From NCBI GenBank assembly GCA_000993565.1, contig LBWK01000001.1:492208-556207 (forward strand): a stretch of DNA of 64,000 nucleotides. The letters are read 5' to 3'. Shown here piece after piece: positions 28,838 to 38,819 of this stretch (positions are counted from its first letter, which is position 1; each line of letters starts with the position of its first letter). Both the position numbers and the translations under genes were made by a program. Origin of the DNA: a candidate division WS6 bacterium GW2011_GWF2_39_15 (GTDB taxonomy: Bacteria > Patescibacteriota > Dojkabacteria > SC72). The notes beneath the pieces were generated by a model. The model made no database searches, was not told where the DNA came from, and saw only the letters and a program-made list of their open reading frames with translations.

Positions 28838-31800
28838 CTATTTCCTTCTCACAGTAATATCCTTAGCTATCACCTTGCTCCCCTTCTCTGATATATTTAT
28901 AACTCCCGATCCATCTTCATATTTAACAACTTTATACTCACTGGAGACTAGTTCAAGCTCGTAAGCCCCTTTATACATAATGAACCGGTATCTCCCTAAC
29001 CTATCCGTTATTCTTTTCCCTACGTACCTATCAAATTTTAATTCCTTAATTGCTATAACAAGGTTGGGAACCGTTTTCCCCTTAACATCTCTGATCTCAC
29101 CAAACTTTACACGGTTACCAAAAAGAGTGGAAAAAAGCATAATCACCGCCGGTATATATAAACAGATGATAATAAAGTTCATTGTAGTTTGGTACCTGGT
29201 AACCGCATAAATTGCAAAAATAAGGCCGGACATGAAAACAACAAAATGTAGAAGTTTCAACAGAAAACTAATCCGCGACCTTGCAGATATACTAAGTGCC
29301 CTAGATCTATCCACTTTCAAAGGATCAAGGGGAATAATTACGTTAAGATCTTCCTTTCTACTCAACCTTATCAAATCTCCTTTGTAGATGGGTTCCAGCG
29401 GGTAATCTATCATCCCCTTTATTAGCTCTGTAGGATATTTATAGCCTCCCTTCTTGACTAAAAGCTTATATCTTCCTTTTGGCAGTTCCACATTAAAGGC
29501 TCCGTATACATCCGTAACGTCAGTCCATGCCAACTTGTCGTTAATATCATATATCCTCACAATAGCTCTTGATAGAGGCTCTTTTGTAACGGAATCATAC
29601 ACATATCCATATGGCTTCCCCCTCTTCCTAAATCCGAGGAACGAAAGTATGCTCAAAGAAATTTGCACGACATAATATGGTAGCGATGAGAATCCTCCTC
29701 CTAAAGCGGCCAAGCCTATTGTGACAGTTGCTGCCGTTGTAGTAGCTGTAACGACAGTGAGCTGGGGTTCCGGCAAAGTCCCAACCGTATTATCCAAAGC
29801 AATCTTAACACCATCTATCGCCTGTGCCGCCTGTTCAGGAGCGGCTTGAGTAACACTATTAACAACATTCTGTACAACTCTTACGATCACAGGATTCTGA
29901 TTTCCTGTGACAGGAGTTGGCTCAGGCTCTTCTTCCACCGGAGGCTCATTATCTTCAGGTTCTTCAACAACCTCACCGTTGCTCTCAACCTTCTCACCTA
30001 ATCCACCTGTTCCCGTTAATCCCTTTACGACCCAATAACTCACTCCGTTAATAACCGACACAGAAACTTCTACTTCTTTTCCGTTAATCTCAATAGTCTG
30101 GGGATACGGCCCGCTGAAAATAACGCTTCCTGCGCAATCGCTATTAACATCCTCAATACTCTCTGCTTTTGTACATAGTTTAAACCTGTTCGTTTCATCT
30201 TTGGGAACATACATTGTATATGTCCCTACAAATCCCGTATCATCCGGGAGATTAATGACAACCTTCCCTTCATAATTAGTAATTACTGCCTCGCTCCAGT
30301 CTCTGTTTGCATTAAACTCAACCGGTACATCGGCAATAATAAACTCCCCTTTCATTACACGAATATCCTTAACACCTCTCTGACTCCCTACATCCTCGGT
30401 CGGGTCGATATTTCCATTCTCTTTGAGCCTTAATTCCAATCCAAGAGGAACATTTTCAATTATTGCATTTGTCCCTAGAATTCTCCTTGTTCCTAAACCT
30501 GTTTGGACTCCTGCAGCATTTCTTGCATTAATTCTAAACGAATAGTCAGTAACTGGACTAAGGCCATAGATAGTAATCCCGTTTGATCCTCCGAACTCTG
30601 AGTATGTTCCCCAAACTACATTATCTATAAGCAGACCAGTAGATTTATCTAAATATCTCCTCGATGATTCTTCATATATCGAATACTCTACAGATGGATC
30701 ATTAAGCTCGGTATCGATACTTATTCTTACAGCACGAACCGTCACCGTATTTGCAGTTAAGACGCCAGGAACTGCCGCCAGTGTGTAGTTAACAAGACTC
30801 TGTGATGGAGCTGTTTCAACACCGTCTCCATTTCTTGCTTTTACAACAAACTCATACTTACCCCCAGGACTCAGATTTTTAAGTTGAACCCCTCTACTTG
30901 CCCCAAACTCTGAAGCCCTTCCCCATTTTGAAGTAGAGACAAGCTCACCGGTTCGGGGATCTATGAATCTGTTGGAAGAAACCTCAACCACACTAAACTC
31001 CGTTGTAGAAGGATTACCATTAGAGCTTAACGCCAGAAGGGAGGAATTAATAGTATTCTGAGACATAACAGCCTTTCCAGGAATAGCAGCCAATGTGTAG
31101 GCACTTGTTGCCTGCGAAACAGCAGACTCTATATTATCTCCATTCCTTGTATAAACAGCATATTCGTACTGCGTATTTATGCCAAGACCAGGGATTTCAA
31201 AACCCGTATCCCTACCCCAGTTAGTATAACTCCCCCATGCCTTGCTCAACTGCCAGGCTCCGCTCGCAAAATTAAAGTATAGCCCCGAAGAAACGTCTTT
31301 CAATGCGAAGGTTGTAACTTCAGGATTACCACCGTTATCTACAATTACCTTTATCTTGCTTTCAGACAGTGCTGTTACATTAGGTGATGCAGGGACAACA
31401 GCCAACGTATACACTTCTACGATACTTGAATTTCCCGTTACTAAAAGCTCCTCATTTCTTGCTTTAACAGCAAAACTATACTGTGCATTTGCGAACAGAT
31501 CCCTGATTGTTACACCATTGCTTCCTCCAAAGTTTGAGTATGTGCCCCATGACTCTGTAGTAGAGAGATCTCCGGTAGAGTAATCGACATATAGACCCGA
31601 TACTGTCTCGGTCAGAAGATATTTGGTATTTAAAGGATTAAGACCATTCCCGATCTTTACATTCAGTTGTGATGTAGAAGAAGCCGAAGCAGAAGCAACT
31701 ACGGGTTGTGCCGCGGGAGTATAAATACTAACCGTCTGACTGAAATCACTTCGTCCATTGGTATTGTACGCAGCAATTTTTCTTGTGTATTGAGTATTAG

Positions 31801-34800
31801 GAACTAAGCCGTATTCAGTACAGCTTGATCCCGCAGCTCCCACGCATTCAACCTTTTGAACTCCATTTTCATCAAAGACCCGATATCCATGATCATTTGC
31901 TTCATTATCTGTAAAATTCCACTGAATAGAAGAGGAGGATAGCAGTGTGGGAGTTCCAATTGTGGGAGCATTGAGTGACACAACAAAATCTTCACCCAAG
32001 CTAAATGATGTCTCAACACCGTCTCCATTTCGTGCTTTGGATACAAACTGGTAAGCCGTTCCTGAGCTTAATCCGGAAACATTCAAACCGTTACTACCTC
32101 CCCAGCTGTTATAGACAGCCCAGACGGGAGTTACAGATGTACTCCCATCAACATCCATATACACAGACGTAGTGCTGTTATATAGAGCAAACTCGGTATT
32201 TGACGGATTACCATTTGGCTGAACCTTCACATTTACTGTATCGCTACTTACCTGTGTCACTGTTGGAGCAGCCGGCACTAATGCATGAGTGTACTTACTA
32301 AGAATTACAGAGAAGTCAGTAACAACATTCTCACCATTACGTGCCCGAGCTTTAATACTATATAAAGTATTAGGAGATAACCCGGTTAATCCTAAACCGG
32401 ACCCCTCTCCTACCTCTACATATGTCCCCCATGATGTCGACGTGGAGGATGTTAATGTTCCGTTACTTACATCAATATTAAGACCTGACGCCTCTTCTCT
32501 TAGCTGGAACTCCGTTGATGCAGGGTTAGATGCCGAATCAACAACAGCTACCAGTACGGACGAGGAGCTAGGTATCAAGGATGTAAGAGCTGGCGTGTTA
32601 GCACGGGTATATCTAGATACTACAGGAGAATACCCTGTTTCAACCCCGTCGTTATTCTGTGCTTTAACCTCAAATGTATATCTGACATTTGCAGACAAAC
32701 CACTCAATATTAATCCCGAACCACTTCCCCACTGGGTATAATCTCCCCATGCAGGAGTATCGGCAAGAAGACCTGTTGAAGTATCTACAAATTTGTTTGT
32801 TGTAGTCTCATGAACCGCATATTGAGTACCGACGGGATTAGACTGAGTATTAATTGTAATCCTCAAGGAGGTATTTGAGACAGAGGTGATACTCGTAAGT
32901 GTAGGCCCGGTGGCATGCGTATATATATCTACCGGTACACTATACAAGGTTTCAACACCGACACTATTTCGTGCTTTTGTTTCCAAACTATACTGGGTAT
33001 TTGGCAAAAGCCCTGTAATACTTATGTCAGAATCACTCGCACTTCTCGCAAACCACGTAGGATTAACAACTAACGTACCGGTTACAGGGTCAACATACTT
33101 ACCGGAGTTGATTTCATAAACCGCAATCTCTGTTCCATCAGGATTACTATTCAGGTTAGTTCCAAAAGCAATAGTTCCAAGTCCTGCTGTAACATTTGTC
33201 AAAGACGGAACCGCTGCTTTAGTAACTTCGGTATCAGTAGTACTGAAAGCACTCTCTGTATTGGCATTGTAGACCTTAACCTTTCGTGTATATGAACTGT
33301 TGGGGTTAAGTCCAGTCTCATCACAATACGGGCTCTCAAACGACGGGCAGTCAACCATTATATTCCCATTCCCATCATATACTCTCACACCAAGTCCAGC
33401 TCCATTTGGATTTATAAAAGCCCATCTGATTGTATTAGGACCCGTTGACGATCCTGTCAGGTCTGTCGGGGTATCCCAGAGCGTATATGTGGAAACATTT
33501 GAAGCAGCATTAACTTCTACGCTATCACCGTTTCTCGCTATAATGAAGAAGGTTGCCAGCTCTCCCGGATTAAAACCTGATACTTCAACTCCGTTCTCGC
33601 TATTCCAGTTCAGATATATATTCCACTCGGGAGTGACAGAGAGGGTTCCCAAAGCTGTCACATAACGGCTTTTAATTGTCTCAAAGATTGAATATTCCAC
33701 ATTGCTCGGATTGCTATTAGGGCTAACTGTAACTTTAACGGTATCCATGTCGACTGGCGAAGCCGTCATTGAAGGTACGTATACGCTTGTATAAACAGGT
33801 AAATCAGGTGAAAAGAGTGTTTCAAGGGCATCTCCATTCCTAACTTTTGCCTTAAAGGTATACAAAGTGTTTGGTTGCAATCCGGTGAAGCTATATGGCA
33901 GCACACTTACCCATTCATTACCCCCAGCCGGGCAGTTCTGGCTTACACACTCAAAGTATATTCCGCTTGAATCGCTAGAAAGATTGGCACCATTACTAAT
34001 ATCCAAACTGATCTGATTAGTCGCTAAGGAACTCACATACACATCCGGTACCTCTGCAACGGTGTAAACGACCACAGGATCTGATTCAGCAGTTTCCACA
34101 CCATCCCCGTTCCTTGCAACTACTGAGAATGTGTACTGAGTATTCATTGAAAGGCCTGTAAAATTGACCTGATCATCTATAATCCACTGGCTTAAAGCCG
34201 GATCACAGTCTTCAGGTATACAATTGTAAAAGAGTGCTGTTCCATCAACTCCAAGATTTGTTACCCCGGTAGTAACTACATTTATCCCCCCGGCTGTAAC
34301 ACTGGAAACAGAGAGTGTTGGAGTATTTGCCAATGTATAACGGATAGTATCGTACGCTGCGTCACTATCACCGTTCGCGTTATATGCAATGACATATCTT
34401 GTGTACTGAGTATTAACCGAGAGTCCTGTTTCATCACAGTACGAAATATTAGGAGTTGGGCAATCTGCTTTGACTGCTCCAAAACTATCTACAATTTTAA
34501 AACCTGTTTCATTATATGAGCTGTCTATAAAGTTCCATCGAATTGAACTTGTAGACAAAGCTTCTGCAGCAACGGTTACCGGAGCGGCAGGGACATTGGA
34601 TGCCTCCGCCCCTATTGTAGCGGAAACGCCATAGGCTGTATTGTCGTTTTTCTGAGCGAAAAGGACATCAAAGTAGGGAGGAAGGGACGATTGAGAATCT
34701 GTTGTTGCTGAACAGGAATGCGTATGCGTGGCACCCGCAAGACTTACTGAGTTTGCCCCACTGCTTGTAGTTGCTGAAGGGACACCGGTTGTTATATCCA

Positions 34801-36751
34801 AAGAGTGTGAATGTGTACTACTCCCGCCTGTTCCTCCAGATACAGCAGCCCCCCTTGGGAATTTATCGTCAAGAGCAGATATACGGTTCCACCCTAATGG
34901 AGGGACACTGTCTACAATCATAATTGTTCCTGTGGGTATCGATCCGTCAGCATCCTTTGAAGCAAACAATATATCCTGATACGGTGGAAGATTATTTGCA
35001 GAGCTGGTTGTACCATTATTGGTTGTGTGAGTATGAATGGAAGCAAATATATTCGATAAAGCAGTCGGATATCTTACTACTATAATTCCTGATCCACCTG
35101 CTTTACCATAAGAGCTTGTATTACCACCTCCACCACCGCCCGCCCCAGTATTAGCCGTGCCCGCTGTAGAAGGAGTTCCACTACCTCGGCCACGACCTCC
35201 TCCATGTTGACCCCATCCACCCGTCCACCCTGATTGTTCAGCTTCAGTATTAACGCCGCCGCCACCACCACCACCGTAATACGCCCCCATGATATTGCTA
35301 TACACTCCAGTACCGCCAAGCCCACCTCGACCGTTAGCACCACCACCACCTGCACCCCCTGCACCACCACCACCACCGGTAGATACACAATTAGGAGCAT
35401 AACAGTCATAATCTGTATACTGTGCACCACCTGCATAACCGGAACCACTTGCAAACCCCCCGGCAGCTCCCTGTCCTGGCGCAGAGGAAATTAACGATGA
35501 AAAAGAGGATGCAGTACCTGCATAGTGTGCGGCACCACCGGCACCGACCGTAGCTACATAGCCTGTCCCGGCACTGACCGCAACTGTTTGTTCCTTCACC
35601 TGACCGCCACCTCCACCACGACCGGCACCAGTGACAGCATAACCTCCACCCCCACCCCCAACAACAAGGACATCCACATTTCCAGAACCATAGGCCGTAA
35701 AAGTTCCAGTTGACGTAAACGTATGAAGAGTATACGAACCGGAAGTCGTAACCGTGCCACCGGAGGCAAAAGCGGTAGATGTACTGTTTATAGTTCCTGC
35801 ACTGCTTGTAAGTGTACCTCCCGTAAATGAATGAGTGTGCGTCTCTGATCCGCCGCTTCCCCCTGCTGTCGCTTCTGATTTAACAAATTTGTCATCTAAG
35901 TCAGTAAAACGGGTCCATCCAGACGGAATGGTACCTGAGAACATGGAGATAAGCCCTGACTTTAGAGAAAAGTCGGAGGAACCGCATAATAGCAAATCGC
36001 GAAACGGAGGAATTACATTCGAAGCCGTTTCGACAGTTACAGTTGCTCCCGTGTGTGTATGAGAAGCATTTGCCGAGGAAACCGAACCAGCATTCCCTCC
36101 GCTTCCTGTAGCACCTACTGGTGCTCCCGTTGCACAGCTCGCATTTGAATGAGAATGTGATGTAGATCCTCCCGTTATCCCATACACCGCCCCTCCACGT
36201 AGTAGTTTCCCGTCAGCAGCGATATTCCTAACCCATCCAGCTGGACATGCTACGGAAGAAAGAGTGTAGATGTTTTGATTCCATACCTCCTCGGCATTAG
36301 CCGCCGATCCGTTTCCATAGTACATATATATAGACGTGCCCCCGTCTGGTACATCAGGAACCCTAACCCAAATCTGAGTGTCTGTCGTATTACATCCCGT
36401 TTCTATCCAATATTGAAGCTGAGTAGTATCATCACTGTCAACAAATCTAATATCATCACAGTCTGCTTGTATCTTATTTTCACCAATCAATGTTTGCGTA
36501 TCAACACTTACTAATACATCATAATTGGATAACGGAGCCCCTGTGTATGAGATATCAACAGGTTTTCGATACTCCCATGCGTTATCAAACCACGATTGAG
36601 CAGGTTTAATGAAGTTATCAAGGAAAAGAATTGTAATAGGAGTAACAACAAGAATGATGAAGAGGAGAAAAAATGATAACCACTTAGGAGCAGTCTTCAA
36701 TCTCACAAAAAGAGATTCTTTAGTTGAAGAACCCTGGGGAATCATCATCAA
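28838..36751 (-). CDS. Giant surface protein: DUF2341-like domain, three tail-fibre-like HxH modules, Gly-rich domain, about 14 FN3-like repeats, C-terminal TMs and carboxypeptidase-regulatory-like domains
   Basis: 2637 aa; WEYRKPVDI...DDIRF...LQYWIE...IWVRV...YMYYGN; repeated GGSxxHxHS; repeated ARNGDGVET; GYVYDSVTKEPL. Confidence 0.8.
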   Translation of the reverse strand: MMMIPQGSSTKESLFVRLKTAPKWLSFFLLFIILVVTPITILFLDNFIKPAQSWFDNAWEYRKPVDISYTGAPLSNYDVLVSVDTQTLIGENKIQADCDDIRFVDSDDTTQLQYWIETGCNTTDTQIWVRVPDVPDGGTSIYMYYGNGSAANAEEVWNQNIYTLSSVACPAGWVRNIAADGKLLRGGAVYGITGGSTSHSHSNASCATGAPVGATGSGGNAGSVSSANASHTHTGATVTVETASNVIPPFRDLLLCGSSDFSLKSGLISMFSGTIPSGWTRFTDLDDKFVKSEATAGGSGGSETHTHSFTGGTLTSSAGTINSTSTAFASGGTVTTSGSYTLHTFTSTGTFTAYGSGNVDVLVVGGGGGGYAVTGAGRGGGGGQVKEQTVAVSAGTGYVATVGAGGAAHYAGTASSFSSLISSAPGQGAAGGFASGSGYAGGAQYTDYDCYAPNCVSTGGGGGAGGAGGGGANGRGGLGGTGVYSNIMGAYYGGGGGGGVNTEAEQSGWTGGWGQHGGGRGRGSGTPSTAGTANTGAGGGGGGNTSSYGKAGGSGIIVVRYPTALSNIFASIHTHTTNNGTTSSANNLPPYQDILFASKDADGSIPTGTIMIVDSVPPLGWNRISALDDKFPRGAAVSGGTGGSSTHSHSLDITTGVPSATTSSGANSVSLAGATHTHSCSATTDSQSSLPPYFDVLFAQKNDNTAYGVSATIGAEASNVPAAPVTVAAEALSTSSIRWNFIDSSYNETGFKIVDSFGAVKADCPTPNISYCDETGLSVNTQYTRYVIAYNANGDSDAAYDTIRYTLANTPTLSVSSVTAGGINVVTTGVTNLGVDGTALFYNCIPEDCDPALSQWIIDDQVNFTGLSMNTQYTFSVVARNGDGVETAESDPVVVYTVAEVPDVYVSSLATNQISLDISNGANLSSDSSGIYFECVSQNCPAGGNEWVSVLPYSFTGLQPNTLYTFKAKVRNGDALETLFSPDLPVYTSVYVPSMTASPVDMDTVKVTVSPNSNPSNVEYSIFETIKSRYVTALGTLSVTPEWNIYLNWNSENGVEVSGFNPGELATFFIIARNGDSVEVNAASNVSTYTLWDTPTDLTGSSTGPNTIRWAFINPNGAGLGVRVYDGNGNIMVDCPSFESPYCDETGLNPNSSYTRKVKVYNANTESAFSTTDTEVTKAAVPSLTNVTAGLGTIAFGTNLNSNPDGTEIAVYEINSGKYVDPVTGTLVVNPTWFARSASDSDISITGLLPNTQYSLETKARNSVGVETLYSVPVDIYTHATGPTLTSITSVSNTSLRITINTQSNPVGTQYAVHETTTNKFVDTSTGLLADTPAWGDYTQWGSGSGLILSGLSANVRYTFEVKAQNNDGVETGYSPVVSRYTRANTPALTSLIPSSSSVLVAVVDSASNPASTEFQLREEASGLNIDVSNGTLTSSTSTSWGTYVEVGEGSGLGLTGLSPNTLYSIKARARNGENVVTDFSVILSKYTHALVPAAPTVTQVSSDTVNVKVQPNGNPSNTEFALYNSTTSVYMDVDGSTSVTPVWAVYNSWGGSNGLNVSGLSSGTAYQFVSKARNGDGVETSFSLGEDFVVSLNAPTIGTPTLLSSSSIQWNFTDNEANDHGYRVFDENGVQKVECVGAAGSSCTEYGLVPNTQYTRKIAAYNTNGRSDFSQTVSIYTPAAQPVVASASASSTSQLNVKIGNGLNPLNTKYLLTETVSGLYVDYSTGDLSTTESWGTYSNFGGSNGVTIRDLFANAQYSFAVKARNEELLVTGNSSIVEVYTLAVVPASPNVTALSESKIKVIVDNGGNPEVTTFALKDVSSGLYFNFASGAWQLSKAWGSYTNWGRDTGFEIPGLGINTQYEYAVYTRNGDNIESAVSQATSAYTLAAIPGKAVMSQNTINSSLLALSSNGNPSTTEFSVVEVSSNRFIDPRTGELVSTSKWGRASEFGASRGVQLKNLSPGGKYEFVVKARNGDGVETAPSQSLVNYTLAAVPGVLTANTVTVRAVRISIDTELNDPSVEYSIYEESSRRYLDKSTGLLIDNVVWGTYSEFGGSNGITIYGLSPVTDYSFRINARNAAGVQTGLGTRRILGTNAIIENVPLGLELRLKENGNIDPTEDVGSQRGVKDIRVMKGEFIIADVPVEFNANRDWSEAVITNYEGKVVINLPDDTGFVGTYTMYVPKDETNRFKLCTKAESIEDVNSDCAGSVIFSGPYPQTIEINGKEVEVSVSVINGVSYWVVKGLTGTGGLGEKVESNGEVVEEPEDNEPPVEEEPEPTPVTGNQNPVIVRVVQNVVNSVTQAAPEQAAQAIDGVKIALDNTVGTLPEPQLTVVTATTTAATVTIGLAALGGGFSSLPYYVVQISLSILSFLGFRKRGKPYGYVYDSVTKEPLSRAIVRIYDINDKLAWTDVTDVYGAFNVELPKGRYKLLVKKGGYKYPTELIKGMIDYPLEPIYKGDLIRLSRKEDLNVIIPLDPLKVDRSRALSISARSRISFLLKLLHFVVFMSGLIFAIYAVTRYQTTMNFIIICLYIPAVIMLFSTLFGNRVKFGEIRDVKGKTVPNLVIAIKELKFDRYVGKRITDRLGRYRFIMYKGAYELELVSSEYKVVKYEDGSGVINISEKGSKVIAKDITVRRK

Positions 36752-36840
36752 GCAGTATTGTTATATAACCTGCTAATACTTTAAAAGTTTTGTTGTTGGA
36801 AGTCAATAAACTTGTAGTAGGGAGAACATAAAATGCAGCC

Positions 36841-37233
36841 CTATTTCTCAACACCTTCTAATTTAATAACATCCCTTCTCATAGGGCTTTCTCCTCCTGT
36901 TATAAAAATTTCTAGATTTTTTCCTGTTGCCCGAAAGGTAACCCAGAAATCAGGAGCAACGACGACACCATTTTTTATAGTTCCTCCGCTTGCACTTAAC
37001 AGTTCAATTCTTACCCACTGCCGAACTGGTATTTCTGATTTTCTAAATTCTTCCAGTGACATATCAAACTCAGGCGGAATATTATCCTGCAGATCAAAAC
37101 GTACTTGTTTTGCCTCTTTCACCGGCCTCCCATTTATACTTGCAGCACCAACTGGCGTATAATCATAAAGATTAAGGTGCTCATGTAAACTTTCAAAACT
37201 TTGTTCTCCTTCTCCCATAATTTTATTAGACAA
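36841..37233 (-). CDS. Hypothetical protein
   Basis: 130-aa ORF; GGTIKNG motif shared with the neighbouring gene. Confidence 0.55.
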   Translation of the reverse strand: MSNKIMGEGEQSFESLHEHLNLYDYTPVGAASINGRPVKEAKQVRFDLQDNIPPEFDMSLEEFRKSEIPVRQWVRIELLSASGGTIKNGVVVAPDFWVTFRATGKNLEIFITGGESPMRRDVIKLEGVEK

Positions 37234-37248
37234 ATTTAATATTCTTAA

Positions 37249-37755
37249 TTATACAACACCTAAGTAATCTCCTCCCTCTAAGCCTGTATCTATCATCGTG
37301 TATCCTTCAAGCTCAAATGTAAAAAGAACAAGATGAGAAAGAAGTACTCCCTTTGGAGTTACAAACTGTTCAACAACCCCACCGCTAGGCATATCTGAAG
37401 CGCTTACAAAAAGGTGAACCTGTTTGGGAGTTTCGCCCTTTCGTTTGGAAATATTACCTTCATTTACAATAAATATACCGTTATGGTCCCTGCTTATTAA
37501 GTACCCCTTCTTTATTCCTCCACCAATTATTCCTTGAAATGCAGAGAGAATTTCGTCTGGGTTTCCTTTTCTTTGATTACGCAAAGCATCAACATAAGGA
37601 ACTCTGTCTTGTATTGTACGATAGAACAACGGGATAAAAATTCCGTTTCTAATTATTCCGCCTCGAGCCTTCGCCCCATCAGGGCCTTCATAGGTTTCAA
37701 CAAGGGATATACATTGTCGATATAATCCCTCTCTTTCGTTATTCTCAAAGTTCAT
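37249..37755 (-). CDS. Hypothetical protein
   Basis: 168-aa ORF; GGIIRNG and GGIKKG motifs. Confidence 0.6.
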   Translation of the reverse strand: MNFENNEREGLYRQCISLVETYEGPDGAKARGGIIRNGIFIPLFYRTIQDRVPYVDALRNQRKGNPDEILSAFQGIIGGGIKKGYLISRDHNGIFIVNEGNISKRKGETPKQVHLFVSASDMPSGGVVEQFVTPKGVLLSHLVLFTFELEGYTMIDTGLEGGDYLGVV

Positions 37756-37947
37756 CCTTAAAGATCAAAAAGAAATTAAAAAGCCAAACCTTACTCGACT
37801 TAACACAATCATTATGAATATATTATACACTATGAGCTAGTCCTAACTTCGAAAGAATACCAAATAGGCGATTCTCTAACGGGTGGATGGACAACTCTCT
37901 CTTCAAAATGTACGATTAGTTGTTAAATTCATAAAACTACCCGTACA

Positions 37948-38730
37948 ATGGAAGAGAGCAAAAAGAGATTTCCTTCTTGGATCTTCTATATCCTCACCTT
38001 TATTTTAGGATTAACATTGGGAGCACTTTCCCTCTACCTTCTTGAATACACAGGCACCACTACCCTGATCAAACAGAAGACAGCATCAGAATCCAAAGAC
38101 ACCGACACCCAAAACACACAAAAAGATTCTTCAACTCCAACTCCGGCAACAACATCTGCATACACAGGAACATATATATCAGGACAGCTTCCTACAGGAT
38201 GGAGAATCGTTGAATATACAGATAACACAGGAAGCGATATGTTAGTAGGCGGGACTACATATTCAGGATTGGTAGGGCTAAAGATATTTAATAACAATGA
38301 CGTTGAGATGTTTCGACTTAAGGCCGTCGATGGTATTGGAGGTACAGAGGGATGCGAGACAGTATATCGATTTTCTGATTCAGACCAAGCATATTTAGAT
38401 CATGGAAATGACTGGACCCTTGCCACGGGAGTAGTTCCTTCAAATGTTATTAATCTAACTACCTCCACTTACACCGAGTACAATCTTCTAGGATGGGAAG
38501 TGAGACGGGTTGCAAGTGATCTATATAGAAATATGAATTCTAATCTTCCAGGGTTTAATCCTGCATGCGGTATTGATGTTCACTTGAAGATTACAAACCT
38601 TGCATACAATAGACAGACTCCGGCCGGAATAACTTCTGGAAATACATACTACATGTCTATTTCAAGTACGGTTGATACAACTCAGCTGGAAGAGTTGGAC
38701 GGTGTATTACAGAGTTTGAGTGTAAATTAA
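37948..38730 (+). CDS. Hypothetical membrane-anchored exported protein
   Basis: N-terminal TM, Thr/Ser linker, globular C-domain. Confidence 0.7.
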   Translation: MEESKKRFPSWIFYILTFILGLTLGALSLYLLEYTGTTTLIKQKTASESKDTDTQNTQKDSSTPTPATTSAYTGTYISGQLPTGWRIVEYTDNTGSDMLVGGTTYSGLVGLKIFNNNDVEMFRLKAVDGIGGTEGCETVYRFSDSDQAYLDHGNDWTLATGVVPSNVINLTTSTYTEYNLLGWEVRRVASDLYRNMNSNLPGFNPACGIDVHLKITNLAYNRQTPAGITSGNTYYMSISSTVDTTQLEELDGVLQSLSVN

Positions 38731-38819
38731 ACTATCTCTTCCTTTAAAACAATACTACACTCCTAAGCTAGCTTCGAGAAAGTTAAGTAACCTTTCTGGA
38801 TGATAACGTATAATTAAAT

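Noticed and set aside
28838-36751. Prophage tail gene
   Set aside because: The protein is membrane-anchored with DUF2341-like and FN3 domains, and no capsid, terminase or other phage genes are nearby.
37825-38785. Loosely similar sequences (TACACT...AGCTAG...CTTCGA) on both sides of gene 37948..38730, suggesting cassette boundaries
   Set aside because: The similarity is short and gapped, with no attC-like structure.
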